This document shows positions 28,982 through 38,635 of a stretch of 64,000 nucleotides of DNA, in pieces. Each line of letters opens with the position of its first letter. Positions within the stretch are counted from its first letter, which is position 1. Below the pieces are notes generated by a model. The model was not told where the DNA came from. It searched no databases and was given only the letters and a program-made list of their open reading frames with translations. Source of the DNA: Anaeromyxobacter sp. (lineage in GTDB: Bacteria; Myxococcota; Myxococcia; Myxococcales; Anaeromyxobacteraceae); assembly GCA_049840735.1 (NCBI GenBank), contig JASGJN010000023.1, positions 1 through 64,000 of the forward strand, written 5' to 3'. A program made the position numbers and the translations under genes.

Positions 28982-31237
28982 CTAGAACCCCAGCTCGCCG
29001 CCGATGCCGGGCGCGATGGACCAGTGCTCGGTCCGCGTGCCGGTGGACGGGAACCACTCTGCGACCACCTGCAGCCGCAGCCGGTCGAGCACGGACGTGC
29101 TCACCAGCCCCTGGACCACCGGCCCGGAGCAGGCGGCCGGGCCGGCGTGGCCGCGGTCCGCGCAGGTGCCGCCGCCCCAGCCGTCGTCCTTCGCCAGCAG
29201 CCAGCCGCCGCGCAGGCCCAGGCGAACCCGCGCCAGGGCGGAGCTGGGAGGTTGCCACTCCAGTCCGGCGGCGCCCAGCACGCCGAACGGCTGGGGCCGA
29301 CCGGACGAGAACACCGCCTCCAGGCCGCGGGCGCCCACGGTGCCGGCGAGCCGGAGCGAGCGCGGGAACCAGGTGGAACCGTGGAAGGCCCGGCTCACGC
29401 CCGCCTCGGTCTCGACCGGGCCGATGCTCAGGTGGACCAGGTGCGCCGGGGGCTCGTAGGAGAGCAGGTCGGCCCCCAGCCGAGCGGCGTACGCGACCGG
29501 GACCCGGTCGGCGGCGGGCTGGGCCGCGGCCAGCGCCTCGCCGGCGCGGCCGAGCGCGGACCGGATCCGGTCCACCGCCAGGTCACCGCGGCCGGGCGGC
29601 ACGCCCAGGTCGGTGAAGCGGAAGCCGTAGGCGCCGAGGAGGCGCATCGACCAGGCCAGCTCGGTCTCCTTCGCGCCCTGGCGCCAGTCCGGCCAGCGGG
29701 CCGGGGCCAGGCCAGGGACGTGCGGGGGCGGCTCGCCCCGCCGCCCGCGCTCGCACTGCGGGTTGCGCCAGCTCGGCCCGCCCTCGGCGAGGGGGTGGGC
29801 GCGGCAGAGGTCGTGGAGCTGGTCGAGCGAAACCTGGAGCAGCGCGCGGAAGTCGGCCAGGTCCGCACCGGCGCAGACGTCGGGCGCGTCCGGGCGCCCC
29901 TCGTAGACGGCGCTCATGCAGGTGAAGCGTCGCCAGCCCGGTCCTCCGGCGGCCTCGGGCGTCGGGGAGGCGACGTACCCGTTGTCGTCCTCCAGCGCCC
30001 GGCGTGCGTCGTACATGCCCAGCGTGAAGTCGAAGCGGCGGAACTCGGTCTCGAAGAACCCGAGGAACGCGAAGACCGGCGCGCTGGCCGCCGGGAGGTG
30101 GCGTCGCGGCAGGACCAGCTGGTCGGCGATGGCCGGGTGCTCCTCCACCAGCAGCGCCAGCTCCTTGGTGCGCGCCGTGTCGATCACGCCGGCCGCGAGC
30201 CGCCCCAGCACGCGCGCCAGCGACTCCTCGGTGGGGGCAGGCTCGGGGCGGATGGCCGGGTACTCCGTCGCCTCGGGATCGAAGAAGGCGAACAGGACGC
30301 CGCGCGGGACGTCGCGCTCCGCCGGGTCAGGGGCCGGGCGCCAGGCGAGGCCGCCGGCCACGTCCGGCGCCAGGCCGGCGCGGGCGATCCCCACCGCCAG
30401 CCGGACCGGGCCGTTGTCGAACACCCCGCCGTCCACGTAGCGGTCGGTGACCGCCTCCGCGGCGGAGCAGACCTCGGGCATGGCCACCCCGTCGGCCGCG
30501 CAGGTGGCGAGCGGCTGCGGCGGGAACGCCACCGGGAAGGACATCGACGCCAGCAGCAGGTCGCGGAGCGCCGGGAAGGCGATCTCGCCCTGGGCGTCGG
30601 TGACCAGCAGGCGCCGGCCCAGCCCGCCGCGGCCGGCGTAGTTGGTGGCCAGCGGCGGCCGCCCCGCCCCCCGGCCGCGGATGCGGACGGTGAACTTCTC
30701 CTCCATGCTCGGCAGCTCCAGCCGCCCGCCGGCGATGGGCACGCGCTGTGGCTCGGCCCGCGTCACGGCCACCCCGAGCACCACGTCGCAGGAGGGCGGG
30801 AGCCCGCCGGCCCAGGCCCGCTCGATGCGCGCGGCGCTCTCCAGCAGCCAGCGCCGCGAGAACGCGCCCAGCCGATCCACCTCGTCCGGCGCGAAGAGCT
30901 GGTCGAAGCCGATGGGGATCCAGGTCTGCCAGAGCAGCGACTCCTCCGGCTGCGGCTGGAACCCGCCGCACTCCCCGAGGAGCGCGAGGAGGCCGTTGAG
31001 GCTGCCGGCCGAGGCGCCGGTGACGATCCGGAGCCGCACGGCGGGGGCGGTCTGGATGGAGGAGAGCGCGTAGTACGCCACCCCGGCCTCATGCGCGCCG
31101 AGCGACACGCCCCCGCGGATGGTGAGGGCGTAGGCCTGGGCGGGGTGGGCGGCGGCCCCGGGAGGCCCGCCGCCTGCTGCAGCGGCCCAGGGCACGAGTG
31201 CGAAGGCGGCCAGGAAGGCGCGAGCTCGGCGGTGCAT
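28982..31237 (-). CDS. Secreted patatin-like phospholipase with a C-terminal beta-rich domain
   Basis: GGVSLGAHEAG, GASAG nucleophile, SMSFPVAF, DGGVFDN; ends GIGGELGF. Confidence 0.85.
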   Translation of the reverse strand: MHRRARAFLAAFALVPWAAAAGGGPPGAAAHPAQAYALTIRGGVSLGAHEAGVAYYALSSIQTAPAVRLRIVTGASAGSLNGLLALLGECGGFQPQPEESLLWQTWIPIGFDQLFAPDEVDRLGAFSRRWLLESAARIERAWAGGLPPSCDVVLGVAVTRAEPQRVPIAGGRLELPSMEEKFTVRIRGRGAGRPPLATNYAGRGGLGRRLLVTDAQGEIAFPALRDLLLASMSFPVAFPPQPLATCAADGVAMPEVCSAAEAVTDRYVDGGVFDNGPVRLAVGIARAGLAPDVAGGLAWRPAPDPAERDVPRGVLFAFFDPEATEYPAIRPEPAPTEESLARVLGRLAAGVIDTARTKELALLVEEHPAIADQLVLPRRHLPAASAPVFAFLGFFETEFRRFDFTLGMYDARRALEDDNGYVASPTPEAAGGPGWRRFTCMSAVYEGRPDAPDVCAGADLADFRALLQVSLDQLHDLCRAHPLAEGGPSWRNPQCERGRRGEPPPHVPGLAPARWPDWRQGAKETELAWSMRLLGAYGFRFTDLGVPPGRGDLAVDRIRSALGRAGEALAAAQPAADRVPVAYAARLGADLLSYEPPAHLVHLSIGPVETEAGVSRAFHGSTWFPRSLRLAGTVGARGLEAVFSSGRPQPFGVLGAAGLEWQPPSSALARVRLGLRGGWLLAKDDGWGGGTCADRGHAGPAACSGPVVQGLVSTSVLDRLRLQVVAEWFPSTGTRTEHWSIAPGIGGELGF

Positions 31238-31398
31238 CAGCCATCCTAGAACGGCCCGGAGGAGGGCTCCAGCGAGCGCGAGGGCAGCAGCTCGGCCGTC
31301 CGGCCCTGGGGGGCGCCTGTTCCCCTGGCACCCCGAGCCGCCGCCGGCTAGGTCTAGCCGACACCCATCATCCGGACCCATCACCCGGCGGAGGCCCC

Positions 31399-31824
31399 TT
31401 GCAACTCGTCCACGTCTACCTGAACTTCCCCGGCAACACCGAGGAGGCGCTCCGGCTCTACGAGCGCGTCTTCGGCACCAAGGTCGTCATGAGGCAGACC
31501 TTCGGCGAGACGTCGTTCATCCCCAACGTCCCCGAGGCGGCCAGGAACAAGATCGTCCACGCCCAGCTCCCCATCACCGAGACCGTCCACCTCATGGCGA
31601 GCGACGCCGTCCCGGGCTTCGGGCCGCCGCTGCAGGTGGGCAACAACTTCCACGTGTCCATCGTGGCCAAGGACAAGGCCGAGGCGGACCGCGCCTTCGC
31701 GCTGCTCTCCGAGGGCGGCCGCGTGGACATGCCGCTCGCCAACGCGCCCTGGGGGCCGTACTTCGGGATGTGCGCCGATCGCTTCGGCGTGCACTGGATG
31801 GTGAGCCTGACGGGTCCGGTCTGA
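31399..31824 (+). CDS. VOC/PhnB-family protein
   Basis: YLNFPGNTEEAL..YERVFG, IVHAQL, LMASD, LSEGG.V.MPL...PWG.YFGM..DRFGV.WM; GGAGG then TTG. Confidence 0.9.
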   Translation: MQLVHVYLNFPGNTEEALRLYERVFGTKVVMRQTFGETSFIPNVPEAARNKIVHAQLPITETVHLMASDAVPGFGPPLQVGNNFHVSIVAKDKAEADRAFALLSEGGRVDMPLANAPWGPYFGMCADRFGVHWMVSLTGPV

Positions 31825-31850
31825 GGAGCGCGTCCCCGTCTGCGCCTGGC

Positions 31851-31967
31851 CTTCGACTCCGGGCCGCTGCGCGGCCCTACGCTCAGGCCGAACGGGAAGG
31901 ATGGCCGTTCGCACTGATGGCCGTTCGCCCTGAGCGTAGCCGCGGCTACGCCGCGGCGGAGTCGAAG
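31851..31967. repeat. Inverted dimer of a REP-like hairpin element (copies 1 and 2)
   Basis: CTTCGACTCC-hairpin-TACGCTCAGGNCGAACGG at 31851-31895 (+) and 31921-31967 (-). Confidence 0.85.
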
Positions 31968-32043
31968 GGCGCCGCCGGGACGTGCGGGCGGCCAACGCCC
32001 AAGTGGTCCGCCCCGCGCGACGCACCAGCGGTAAACTGACCGG

Positions 32044-32742
32044 ATGCCCACCTCCGAGCGCCCCTGGATCGTCTCTCCCCACGAACCCATCGTGAAGCAC
32101 GAGGCCAACCTCTGGACGGTGCAGGGGAGGCTGGGCAAGGGGCCCATCACCCGGCGGATGTCCATCGTCCGGCGGCGCGACGGCTCGCTGGTGTTCTACC
32201 ACCCGGTCCCGCTCGACGAAGGCGCGCTGGCCGAGGTGCTGGCCTGGGGGCGTCCGGCCGAGCTGGTGGTGGCCCACGCCGAGCACGGCGTGGACGCGAC
32301 GCCGTTCGCGAAGAAGCTGGGCGTGAAGATCCACGGCCCGCGGGCAGACGAGGCGCGGCTGCGCGAGCGCTTCGACCTGGCCGGCTTCCTCGAGGACCTC
32401 CCGGCGGATCCGGACGTGTCCTTCGAGTCGGTCCCCGGCAGCAAGTTCGGTGAGCCCGTCGAGCTGGTGCGGAGCGGCGAGCGGGTGAGCCTGGTCTTCT
32501 CCGACGCCATCCAGGCGCACGGGGACACGGCCCCGCTCCCCTTCCGCCTGCTCGGCTTCCGCGGCGGGCCGCGCGTGGTGCCGCTGTTCCGGCTCCTCTT
32601 CACGAGCGACCGCGCCGCGCTCAAGGCCTACCTGGCGCGGCTGGCCGAGACCCCCGGCCTCGCGCGGCTGGTCCCCTGCCACGGCTTCATCGAGGAGCGG
32701 GACGCCGCGGGCGCGCTGAGGCGGGCGGCGGCGGCGCTGTAG
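32044..32742 (+). CDS. Hypothetical protein, DUF4336/MBL-fold-like
   Basis: RRMSIVRRRDGSLV, AHAEHG.D, SDA, LVPCHG. Confidence 0.6.
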   Translation: MPTSERPWIVSPHEPIVKHEANLWTVQGRLGKGPITRRMSIVRRRDGSLVFYHPVPLDEGALAEVLAWGRPAELVVAHAEHGVDATPFAKKLGVKIHGPRADEARLRERFDLAGFLEDLPADPDVSFESVPGSKFGEPVELVRSGERVSLVFSDAIQAHGDTAPLPFRLLGFRGGPRVVPLFRLLFTSDRAALKAYLARLAETPGLARLVPCHGFIEERDAAGALRRAAAAL

Positions 32743-32859
32743 ACCGGGCGCGCTCGTCCCTGGGGGAGCAAGCTCGACACCGACGCGGAGGGATTCTCGA
32801 AGGTCGGCTGCAGAACCCAGGTGCGGAGGCCGCCCGCCGGTGCTAGGGCATTGCCCCTC

Positions 32860-34932
32860 ATGCACGGCGCCACCGACTTCCTCGCCGCGCTCACCGTGGT
32901 CCTGGGTGTCGCGGCCGTCACCACCGTCCTGTTCCAGAGGCTCCGCCAGCCGGTGGTGCTGGGCTACATCCTCGCCGGGCTGATCGTGGGGCCGCACGTC
33001 CCCATCCCGCTGGTCGCCGACGAGGCCATCGTCCGGACGCTCTCGGAGCTGGGCGTCATCCTGCTGATGTTCGCGCTGGGGCTGGAGTTCAGCCTGCGCA
33101 AGCTCCTCCAGGTCGGGCCGGTGGCGGGGATCACCGCGGTGGTGCAGTGCAGCCTGATGGTGTGGCTGGGGTTCGTGGCGGGTCGCCTGCTCGGCTGGAC
33201 GGCGCTGGAGAGCGTGTTCGCGGGCGCGCTCATCGCCATCTCCAGCACCACCATCATCGCCAAGGCGTTCGACGAGCTGGGCGTCCGGGGCCGGCTGCGC
33301 GACCTGGTGGTCGGCGTGCTGGTGGTGGAGGACCTGATCGCCATCCTGCTGATGGCCGTGCTGGCGGCGGTGGCCGGGGGCGCAGGCATCTCGGCCGGCG
33401 CCCTGGCCGCCACGCTGGGCCGGCTGGCGGGCTTCCTGGCCGCGCTGCTGGGGCTGGGGCTGCTGGTGGTGCCGCGCCTGGTGCGCTGGGTCCGGCGGCT
33501 GGACCGGCCTGAGACCATGCTCATCGCCGCCCTGGCGATCTGCTTCGGGGTGGCGCTGCTGGCCCACCACTTCGGCTACTCCGTGGCGCTGGGCGCCTTC
33601 CTGGCCGGCTCGCTGGTGGCCGAGTCGGGCGAGGAGAAGCACGTCGAGCACCTGGTCGCGCCGGTGCGCGACGTGTTCGCGGCGGTGTTCTTCGTGTCGG
33701 TCGGCATGCTCATCGACCCGGCCCTGCTGGTGCGCCACTGGGTGGCGGTGGCGGTCTTCACGCTGCTGGTGGTGCTCGGCAAGCTGGTGGGGGTCGCGGG
33801 GGGCGCGTTCCTGACCGGGCAGGGCGTGCGCACCTCGGTGCAGGCCGGCATGAGCCTGGCGCAGATCGGCGAGTTCTCGTTCATCATCGCAGGGCTGGGG
33901 GCGTCGCTGGGCGCCACCCGCGACTTCCTCTACCCGGTCGCGGTGGCCGTCTCGGCCGTCACCACGCTCACCACCCCCTGGCTGATCCGCGCCTCGGGCC
34001 CCGCGGCCTCGTGGGTGGACCGCCGGCTGCCCCGGCCGCTGCAGACCTTCGCCGCGCTCTACGGCTCCTGGCTGGAGCGGCTGCGCTCCGGGCCGCGCCG
34101 GGAGACCTTCGCGGCGCAGCTGCGCCGGGTGGTCCGGGCGCTGGTGATCGACGCGGCGGTGGTGGTCGTGATCGTGGTGGCGGCGGCCCTGGGGGCCGAG
34201 CGCGGCGCGCGGCTGCTCGAGCTCCGCTGGGGCCTGGACGGCGCCATCTCTCGCTGGGCGGTGGCCGCCGCGGCGGGGCTGGTCTCGCTCCCGTTCTGCG
34301 CCGGGCTGCTGCGCAACGCCCGCCGCCTGTCCGGCCTGATCGCCGACCAGGCGCTGCCGGCGGTCGCGCCAGGGGCGCTGGACCTGGCCGCGGCCCCCCG
34401 GCGCGCGCTCCGCGCCGCCGTGCAGCTGGCGCTGGTGCTGCTGGTGGCGGTGCCGGTGGTGGCGATCACCCAGCCCTTCGTCCCGGCCGGCTCGGTGGCC
34501 GCGGTCTTCGCCGTGGTGATCGGCGCGCTGGCGGTGGCCGCCTGGCGCGGCGCCGAGGGGCTGCACCAGCACGTGCGGGCCGGCGCGCAGGTGATGGTGG
34601 AGGCGCTGGCCAGGCAGGCGCGCGGCCCCGTCGAGGACGGCGCCGACGCGCTGGCGCAGGTGAAGCAGACGCTCCCGGGGCTGGGCGAGCCCATCGCAAT
34701 CCGGCTCCACCCTGGCACCCTCGCCGAGGGACGCACCCTGGCCCAGCTCGACCTCCGGGGTGTCACCGGCGCCACCGTGCTCGCCATCTGGCGCGCCGAG
34801 GGAGGGGTGATGGTACCCGACGCCCGCGAGGTGCTGCGGGCCGGCGACGTCCTGGCGGTGGCCGGCAGCGCCGAGGCGGTGGCGGCAGCGCGGTCGCTGG
34901 TGGCCGGGCCAGCGCCGCTCCGCGCGTCGTAG
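32860..34932 (+). CDS. CPA2 cation:proton antiporter with C-terminal RCK_C/TrkA-C domain
   Basis: QPVVLGYILAG, ELGVILLMFALGLEFS, ISST, EDL, LGAFLAG, QIGEFSF; GRTLAQLDLR..TGATVLAI. Confidence 0.93.
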   Translation: MHGATDFLAALTVVLGVAAVTTVLFQRLRQPVVLGYILAGLIVGPHVPIPLVADEAIVRTLSELGVILLMFALGLEFSLRKLLQVGPVAGITAVVQCSLMVWLGFVAGRLLGWTALESVFAGALIAISSTTIIAKAFDELGVRGRLRDLVVGVLVVEDLIAILLMAVLAAVAGGAGISAGALAATLGRLAGFLAALLGLGLLVVPRLVRWVRRLDRPETMLIAALAICFGVALLAHHFGYSVALGAFLAGSLVAESGEEKHVEHLVAPVRDVFAAVFFVSVGMLIDPALLVRHWVAVAVFTLLVVLGKLVGVAGGAFLTGQGVRTSVQAGMSLAQIGEFSFIIAGLGASLGATRDFLYPVAVAVSAVTTLTTPWLIRASGPAASWVDRRLPRPLQTFAALYGSWLERLRSGPRRETFAAQLRRVVRALVIDAAVVVVIVVAAALGAERGARLLELRWGLDGAISRWAVAAAAGLVSLPFCAGLLRNARRLSGLIADQALPAVAPGALDLAAAPRRALRAAVQLALVLLVAVPVVAITQPFVPAGSVAAVFAVVIGALAVAAWRGAEGLHQHVRAGAQVMVEALARQARGPVEDGADALAQVKQTLPGLGEPIAIRLHPGTLAEGRTLAQLDLRGVTGATVLAIWRAEGGVMVPDAREVLRAGDVLAVAGSAEAVAAARSLVAGPAPLRAS

Positions 34933-34953
34933 GCCGGCGCCGCCCGGCCGGGC

Positions 34954-36384
34954 TCACCACACCCCGGCGCCCACCTCCACCACGAAGCGCAGGTCGTGGA
35001 TGTGGTCGAACCCGGAGCCGCGCACGCCCATGCGCAGGCCCGCGAACTGGTAGCCGAGCGTGAGGATGCGCCAGGGCCCGGAGACGGTGACGCGGAACTT
35101 CATGCCGGACTCGAGCGCGAACTCGCGGGCGCGCTGGGCGCCGCCGAGGTCCCAGGAGATGCCGGCCGCGGTGTATGGGCTCGCGAACTGGGCGGCCGAG
35201 GTGGTGACCAGCGCCTCCAGCGACGCGTACTGCTGGTAGGTCCAGGTCACGCGCGGCACGATGAAGACCTCGCGCAGGTCGAGCCCGCGGAACAGCAGCG
35301 CCACGCCCATGGCCCGGTCCCAGCGCAGGGCCACGCTGGGCACCAGGCTGCCGGTCCCGGAGGGCGGCTGGGTCAGCGCGTCCAGGGCGGCGACCTGGAT
35401 CTGCCGGGGGGCGTGCCCCAGCCCGAAGCCGTTGAGGCGCATGGAGGCCTCGAGCTCCGCGGGGGCGGGCGCGTTCGGGCAGGCCGCCACCGGGCGCGAA
35501 GGGCGCAGCGTGTAGCGCGCCAGCACCTCGTCGCCCGGCGCGACCGAGGGCGGCCGCGGGCCGGCGCAGGCCGGGCCGCCGTGCTCGGGCGCCACGCGGA
35601 AGCGCGGCGGGCGCTGCTTGGTCATGGTGGAGGTGTAGCCGGGGCTGATGAGCGCCCCTGAGCCGAACACGTCGCGGACGCCCCAGGCGTCGTGGATGCG
35701 GAGGTTCACGTCGTAACCCGGCGTGAACTGCCCGTCGGCGTTCCGGTCGGGCGCGGTGGCGTGCTTGCCCTCCTCGACCAGCAGGGTGAGCGGGTAGCGG
35801 GTGTCGTCGCCCACCACCAGCTCATTGGAGTACCAGTCCACTCCGTGCGCGAAGCCGACCACCCGCTCGACGCGCACCTGCCAGCAGTCGCCCTCCTGCT
35901 CCACCGCCAGGTGGACGTCGGCGAACTCGATGTCGTGCGGGTGGGAGCCGCCGCCGATGTCCTCGCGGTAGTAGAAGAAGTAGCGGAGCACCACCCGCGA
36001 GGCCCGCTCGCCCAGGCGCGGGTCCTGCTCCGCCGGCTCCTGGACGCGCTCCGTGCCGTGGAGCTGCAGCCGGTCCACCGCCCAGTAGACCACCGGCGCC
36101 GAGGAGGGCGCGTCGCAGGGGTGCGGGTCCGGCGGCACGTTTCCGCCGGCGCGGAGCAGCGGCTCGTCCGGCGTGAACCAGAGCACCGGCGCCGCCAGCT
36201 CGGCCAGCTCCGGCGCGCTGAGGGAGGGCTTGGCGCCCCGCCAGAGCACGTTGGGCGCGGCGTCGCCGCAGCTGCAGGCGGCCAGGGCGGGATCCGCGGC
36301 GGCACCCCGGACAGGCGCAGCCGCCAGGCTCAGCGCGAGCAGGGCCCCCACCGCCGGGGCGTCGCAGCGGCGCACACAGGCCAT
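34954..36384 (-). CDS. Exported hypothetical protein, possibly outer-membrane anchored
   Basis: Signal-peptide-like N-terminus; YFFYYRED...SHPHDIE, EGKHA; amphipathic C-terminal strands ending GAGVW. Confidence 0.7.
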   Translation of the reverse strand: MACVRRCDAPAVGALLALSLAAAPVRGAAADPALAACSCGDAAPNVLWRGAKPSLSAPELAELAAPVLWFTPDEPLLRAGGNVPPDPHPCDAPSSAPVVYWAVDRLQLHGTERVQEPAEQDPRLGERASRVVLRYFFYYREDIGGGSHPHDIEFADVHLAVEQEGDCWQVRVERVVGFAHGVDWYSNELVVGDDTRYPLTLLVEEGKHATAPDRNADGQFTPGYDVNLRIHDAWGVRDVFGSGALISPGYTSTMTKQRPPRFRVAPEHGGPACAGPRPPSVAPGDEVLARYTLRPSRPVAACPNAPAPAELEASMRLNGFGLGHAPRQIQVAALDALTQPPSGTGSLVPSVALRWDRAMGVALLFRGLDLREVFIVPRVTWTYQQYASLEALVTTSAAQFASPYTAAGISWDLGGAQRAREFALESGMKFRVTVSGPWRILTLGYQFAGLRMGVRGSGFDHIHDLRFVVEVGAGVW

Positions 36385-36565
36385 CGCCAGGAAGGTGCGG
36401 CGGCTGCGTGCCCGCGGCACCGAAGAGCCCCGCGGAGCTTCAGGGGCAGGGTGGAGGAGCTCCCGCCGCTTTCAAAAAGCCGAAGGATCTCCTTCGAACT
36501 TCGTCATGACCTGCGGAGCAGGTTCCCGCTAGAACTGGGGTCAAACCTGGGAGGAGCGACACCTG

Positions 36566-37525
36566 ATGGAACACGGCTGGCTGGAGTGGGGCGCGTTCGG
36601 CGCGCTGGTGCTGGGCATGCTCGCGCTCGACCTGGGCGTATTCCACCGCAAGGACCACGTGGTCGGCGCGAAGGAGGCGCTGGCCTGGTCCGGCGTGTGG
36701 GTGGCGCTGGCGCTGGCCTTCGGCGGCTACGTCTGGTTCCGCCACGGCTCCGGGTCGGGGCTCGAGTTCCTGACCGGCTACGTGATCGAGAAGTCGCTCT
36801 CGGTGGACAACATCTTCGTCTTCGTCGTGATCTTCGGCGCCCTGGGGATCCCGGCGCTCTACCAGCACCGGGTGCTGTTCTGGGGCATCCTCACCGCGCT
36901 GGTGCTGCGCGGGGCCATGATCGCCGCGGGCACGGCGCTGCTCCACCGGTTCCACTGGATCATCTACGTCTTCGGCGGCTTCCTGCTGCTCACCGGCGTG
37001 AAGCTGCTCCTGCAGCGCGAGGCGGCCCCGCACCCGGAGAAGAGCGGGGCCTTCCGCCTCCTCCGCCGCCTGGTCCCGGCCACGCCGCGCTTCGACGGGC
37101 ACCACTTCTTCACGCTCGAGCACGGCAAGCGGCTCGCCACCCCGCTCTTTTTCGCGCTGGTGCTGATCGAGTTCAGCGACGTCATCTTCGCGGTGGACTC
37201 CATCCCGGCCATCTTCGCGGTGACCGACGACCCGTTCATCGTCTTCACGTCCAACATCTTCGCCATCCTGGGGCTGCGATCGCTCTACTTCCTGCTGGCC
37301 GGCGTGGTCGAGAAGTTCATCTACCTGAAGCCCTCGCTGGCCTTCGTGCTGATGTTCGTGGGCCTGAAGATGGCGGCCATCGACGCGGTGAAGATCCACC
37401 CGGCGGTCTCGCTGCTGGTGGTGCTGTCGATCCTGGCCGTGGGGGCCGTGGCCTCGCTGCTGAAGGCGCGCCGCGCCGGGCCGCCGCCGCAGGCGGGGAG
37501 GGCGCTGCCCGAGGGCGAGGGCTGA
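36566..37525 (+). CDS. TerC/Alx-family membrane protein
   Basis: LALDLGVFH, EKSLSVDNIFVF, QHRVLFWGI, DVIFAVDSIPA, SNIFAILGLRSLYF. Confidence 0.96.
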   Translation: MEHGWLEWGAFGALVLGMLALDLGVFHRKDHVVGAKEALAWSGVWVALALAFGGYVWFRHGSGSGLEFLTGYVIEKSLSVDNIFVFVVIFGALGIPALYQHRVLFWGILTALVLRGAMIAAGTALLHRFHWIIYVFGGFLLLTGVKLLLQREAAPHPEKSGAFRLLRRLVPATPRFDGHHFFTLEHGKRLATPLFFALVLIEFSDVIFAVDSIPAIFAVTDDPFIVFTSNIFAILGLRSLYFLLAGVVEKFIYLKPSLAFVLMFVGLKMAAIDAVKIHPAVSLLVVLSILAVGAVASLLKARRAGPPPQAGRALPEGEG

Positions 37526-37598
37526 GCCACCGGGTTGCGCTCCGCCCCCCCTCCCGCCGTGCGGGCGTGACCCGCGCCGGACCCGCCCGCCCTCCGCG

Positions 37599-38078
37599 TC
37601 AGCGCGCGCGCTTCGAGGCGCCGCGCCGGGGCGGGCTGCGCCGCGCGGTCCCCCCCGCCTTGCGCGCGGCTCGCGGCCTCGAGGCCGGGCGCCGCGGCCG
37701 GCGGTCCGCCTCGGCCCCCGGCTCGCCCTCCCAGATCACGGCCTCGACGTTGTTGCCGTCGGGGTCGAACACGAAGGCCGCGAAGGCGGCGTACCCCTCG
37801 CGCGGCCCGGGCCGGCCGTTGTCCTTCCCGCCCGCGGCCAGCGCGGCGGCGTGGAACCCCTCCACCGCCTTCCTCGAGCGCGCGTGGAACGCGAGGTGCG
37901 TGGGCTCGCCCACCTCGCCGCCGGTGACCCAGAAGTCGTGCCGGCCGTCCTCGTCCTTGAAGCCGAACGAGTCGCCGTAGGCCATGTCGCAGACGTAGCC
38001 GAGCGGCTTCAGGAGCCGCTCGTAGAAGCGCCTGCTCTTCCTTGAGTCGCCGCAGCGCAGGCTGACATGCTCAATCAT
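37599..38078 (-). CDS. VOC/glyoxalase-family protein
   Basis: MIEHVSL..SRRFY, HLAF.A, FHAAALAAGGKDNG.PG.R, AAFVFDPDGNNVEAV. Confidence 0.9.
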   Translation of the reverse strand: MIEHVSLRCGDSRKSRRFYERLLKPLGYVCDMAYGDSFGFKDEDGRHDFWVTGGEVGEPTHLAFHARSRKAVEGFHAAALAAGGKDNGRPGPREGYAAFAAFVFDPDGNNVEAVIWEGEPGAEADRRPRRPASRPRAARKAGGTARRSPPRRGASKRAR

Positions 38079-38635
38079 CGATGGGCCCTCGCGTTCGCCC
38101 CTGGTGCAGGATGCGGTGCCCGGGCCGGGTACGCCATCAGCCCACGGCGGCGTCCCCCCCCCAGCACCTCGCGGAGGTGCGCGACCAGGTCGTCCACCTG
38201 CCGCTTGAGCGACAGCGCCTTCTCCGGCGGGTAGCGGCTGGAGGTGAGCAGGTCGAGCGGAATGCAGGCGCAGGTGCTCCGCAGCGCCCGGCCCGCCTCG
38301 GTGAGCGCGATCACCACGACACGCTCGTCCTCCGGGCTGCGGGTGCGCCGCAGGTAGCCGAGCATCTCGAGCCGCTTGAGGAGCGGCGTGAGGGTGTTCG
38401 AGCTCAGGAGCGCCCGCTCGCCCACGTGCGAGACCGAGCAGGGCGCGTCCTCCCAGAGGATGAGCAGCACGACGTACTGCGGATACGTGAGCCCCATCGG
38501 CTCGAGCAGCGGCTGGTAGAGCCGGGTCACCAGCCGCGAGGCCGCGTACAGCGGGAAGCAGAGCTGCTGGTCCAGCCGGAGGAGGTCCAGCGGAGCCGGA
38601 GCGCTCCGCGCCTTGGGGGCCTTGCGTGCCGTCAT
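38075..38635 (-). CDS. ohrR: OhrR-like MarR regulator (true stop may be ~38137 if the C-run has an indel)
   Basis: LDQQLCFPLYAASR sensing Cys; LTYPQY.VLLILWE; TLTPLLKRLE; DERVV. Confidence 0.9.
   Translation of the reverse strand: MTARKAPKARSAPAPLDLLRLDQQLCFPLYAASRLVTRLYQPLLEPMGLTYPQYVVLLILWEDAPCSVSHVGERALLSSNTLTPLLKRLEMLGYLRRTRSPEDERVVVIALTEAGRALRSTCACIPLDLLTSSRYPPEKALSLKRQVDDLVAHLREVLGGGRRRGLMAYPARAPHPAPGANARAHR

Noticed and set aside
31851..31967. CRISPR array or tRNA (TTCGACTCC resembles a T-loop)
   Set aside because: Copies are inverted or dispersed with no spacers or cas genes; no cloverleaf or acceptor stem.
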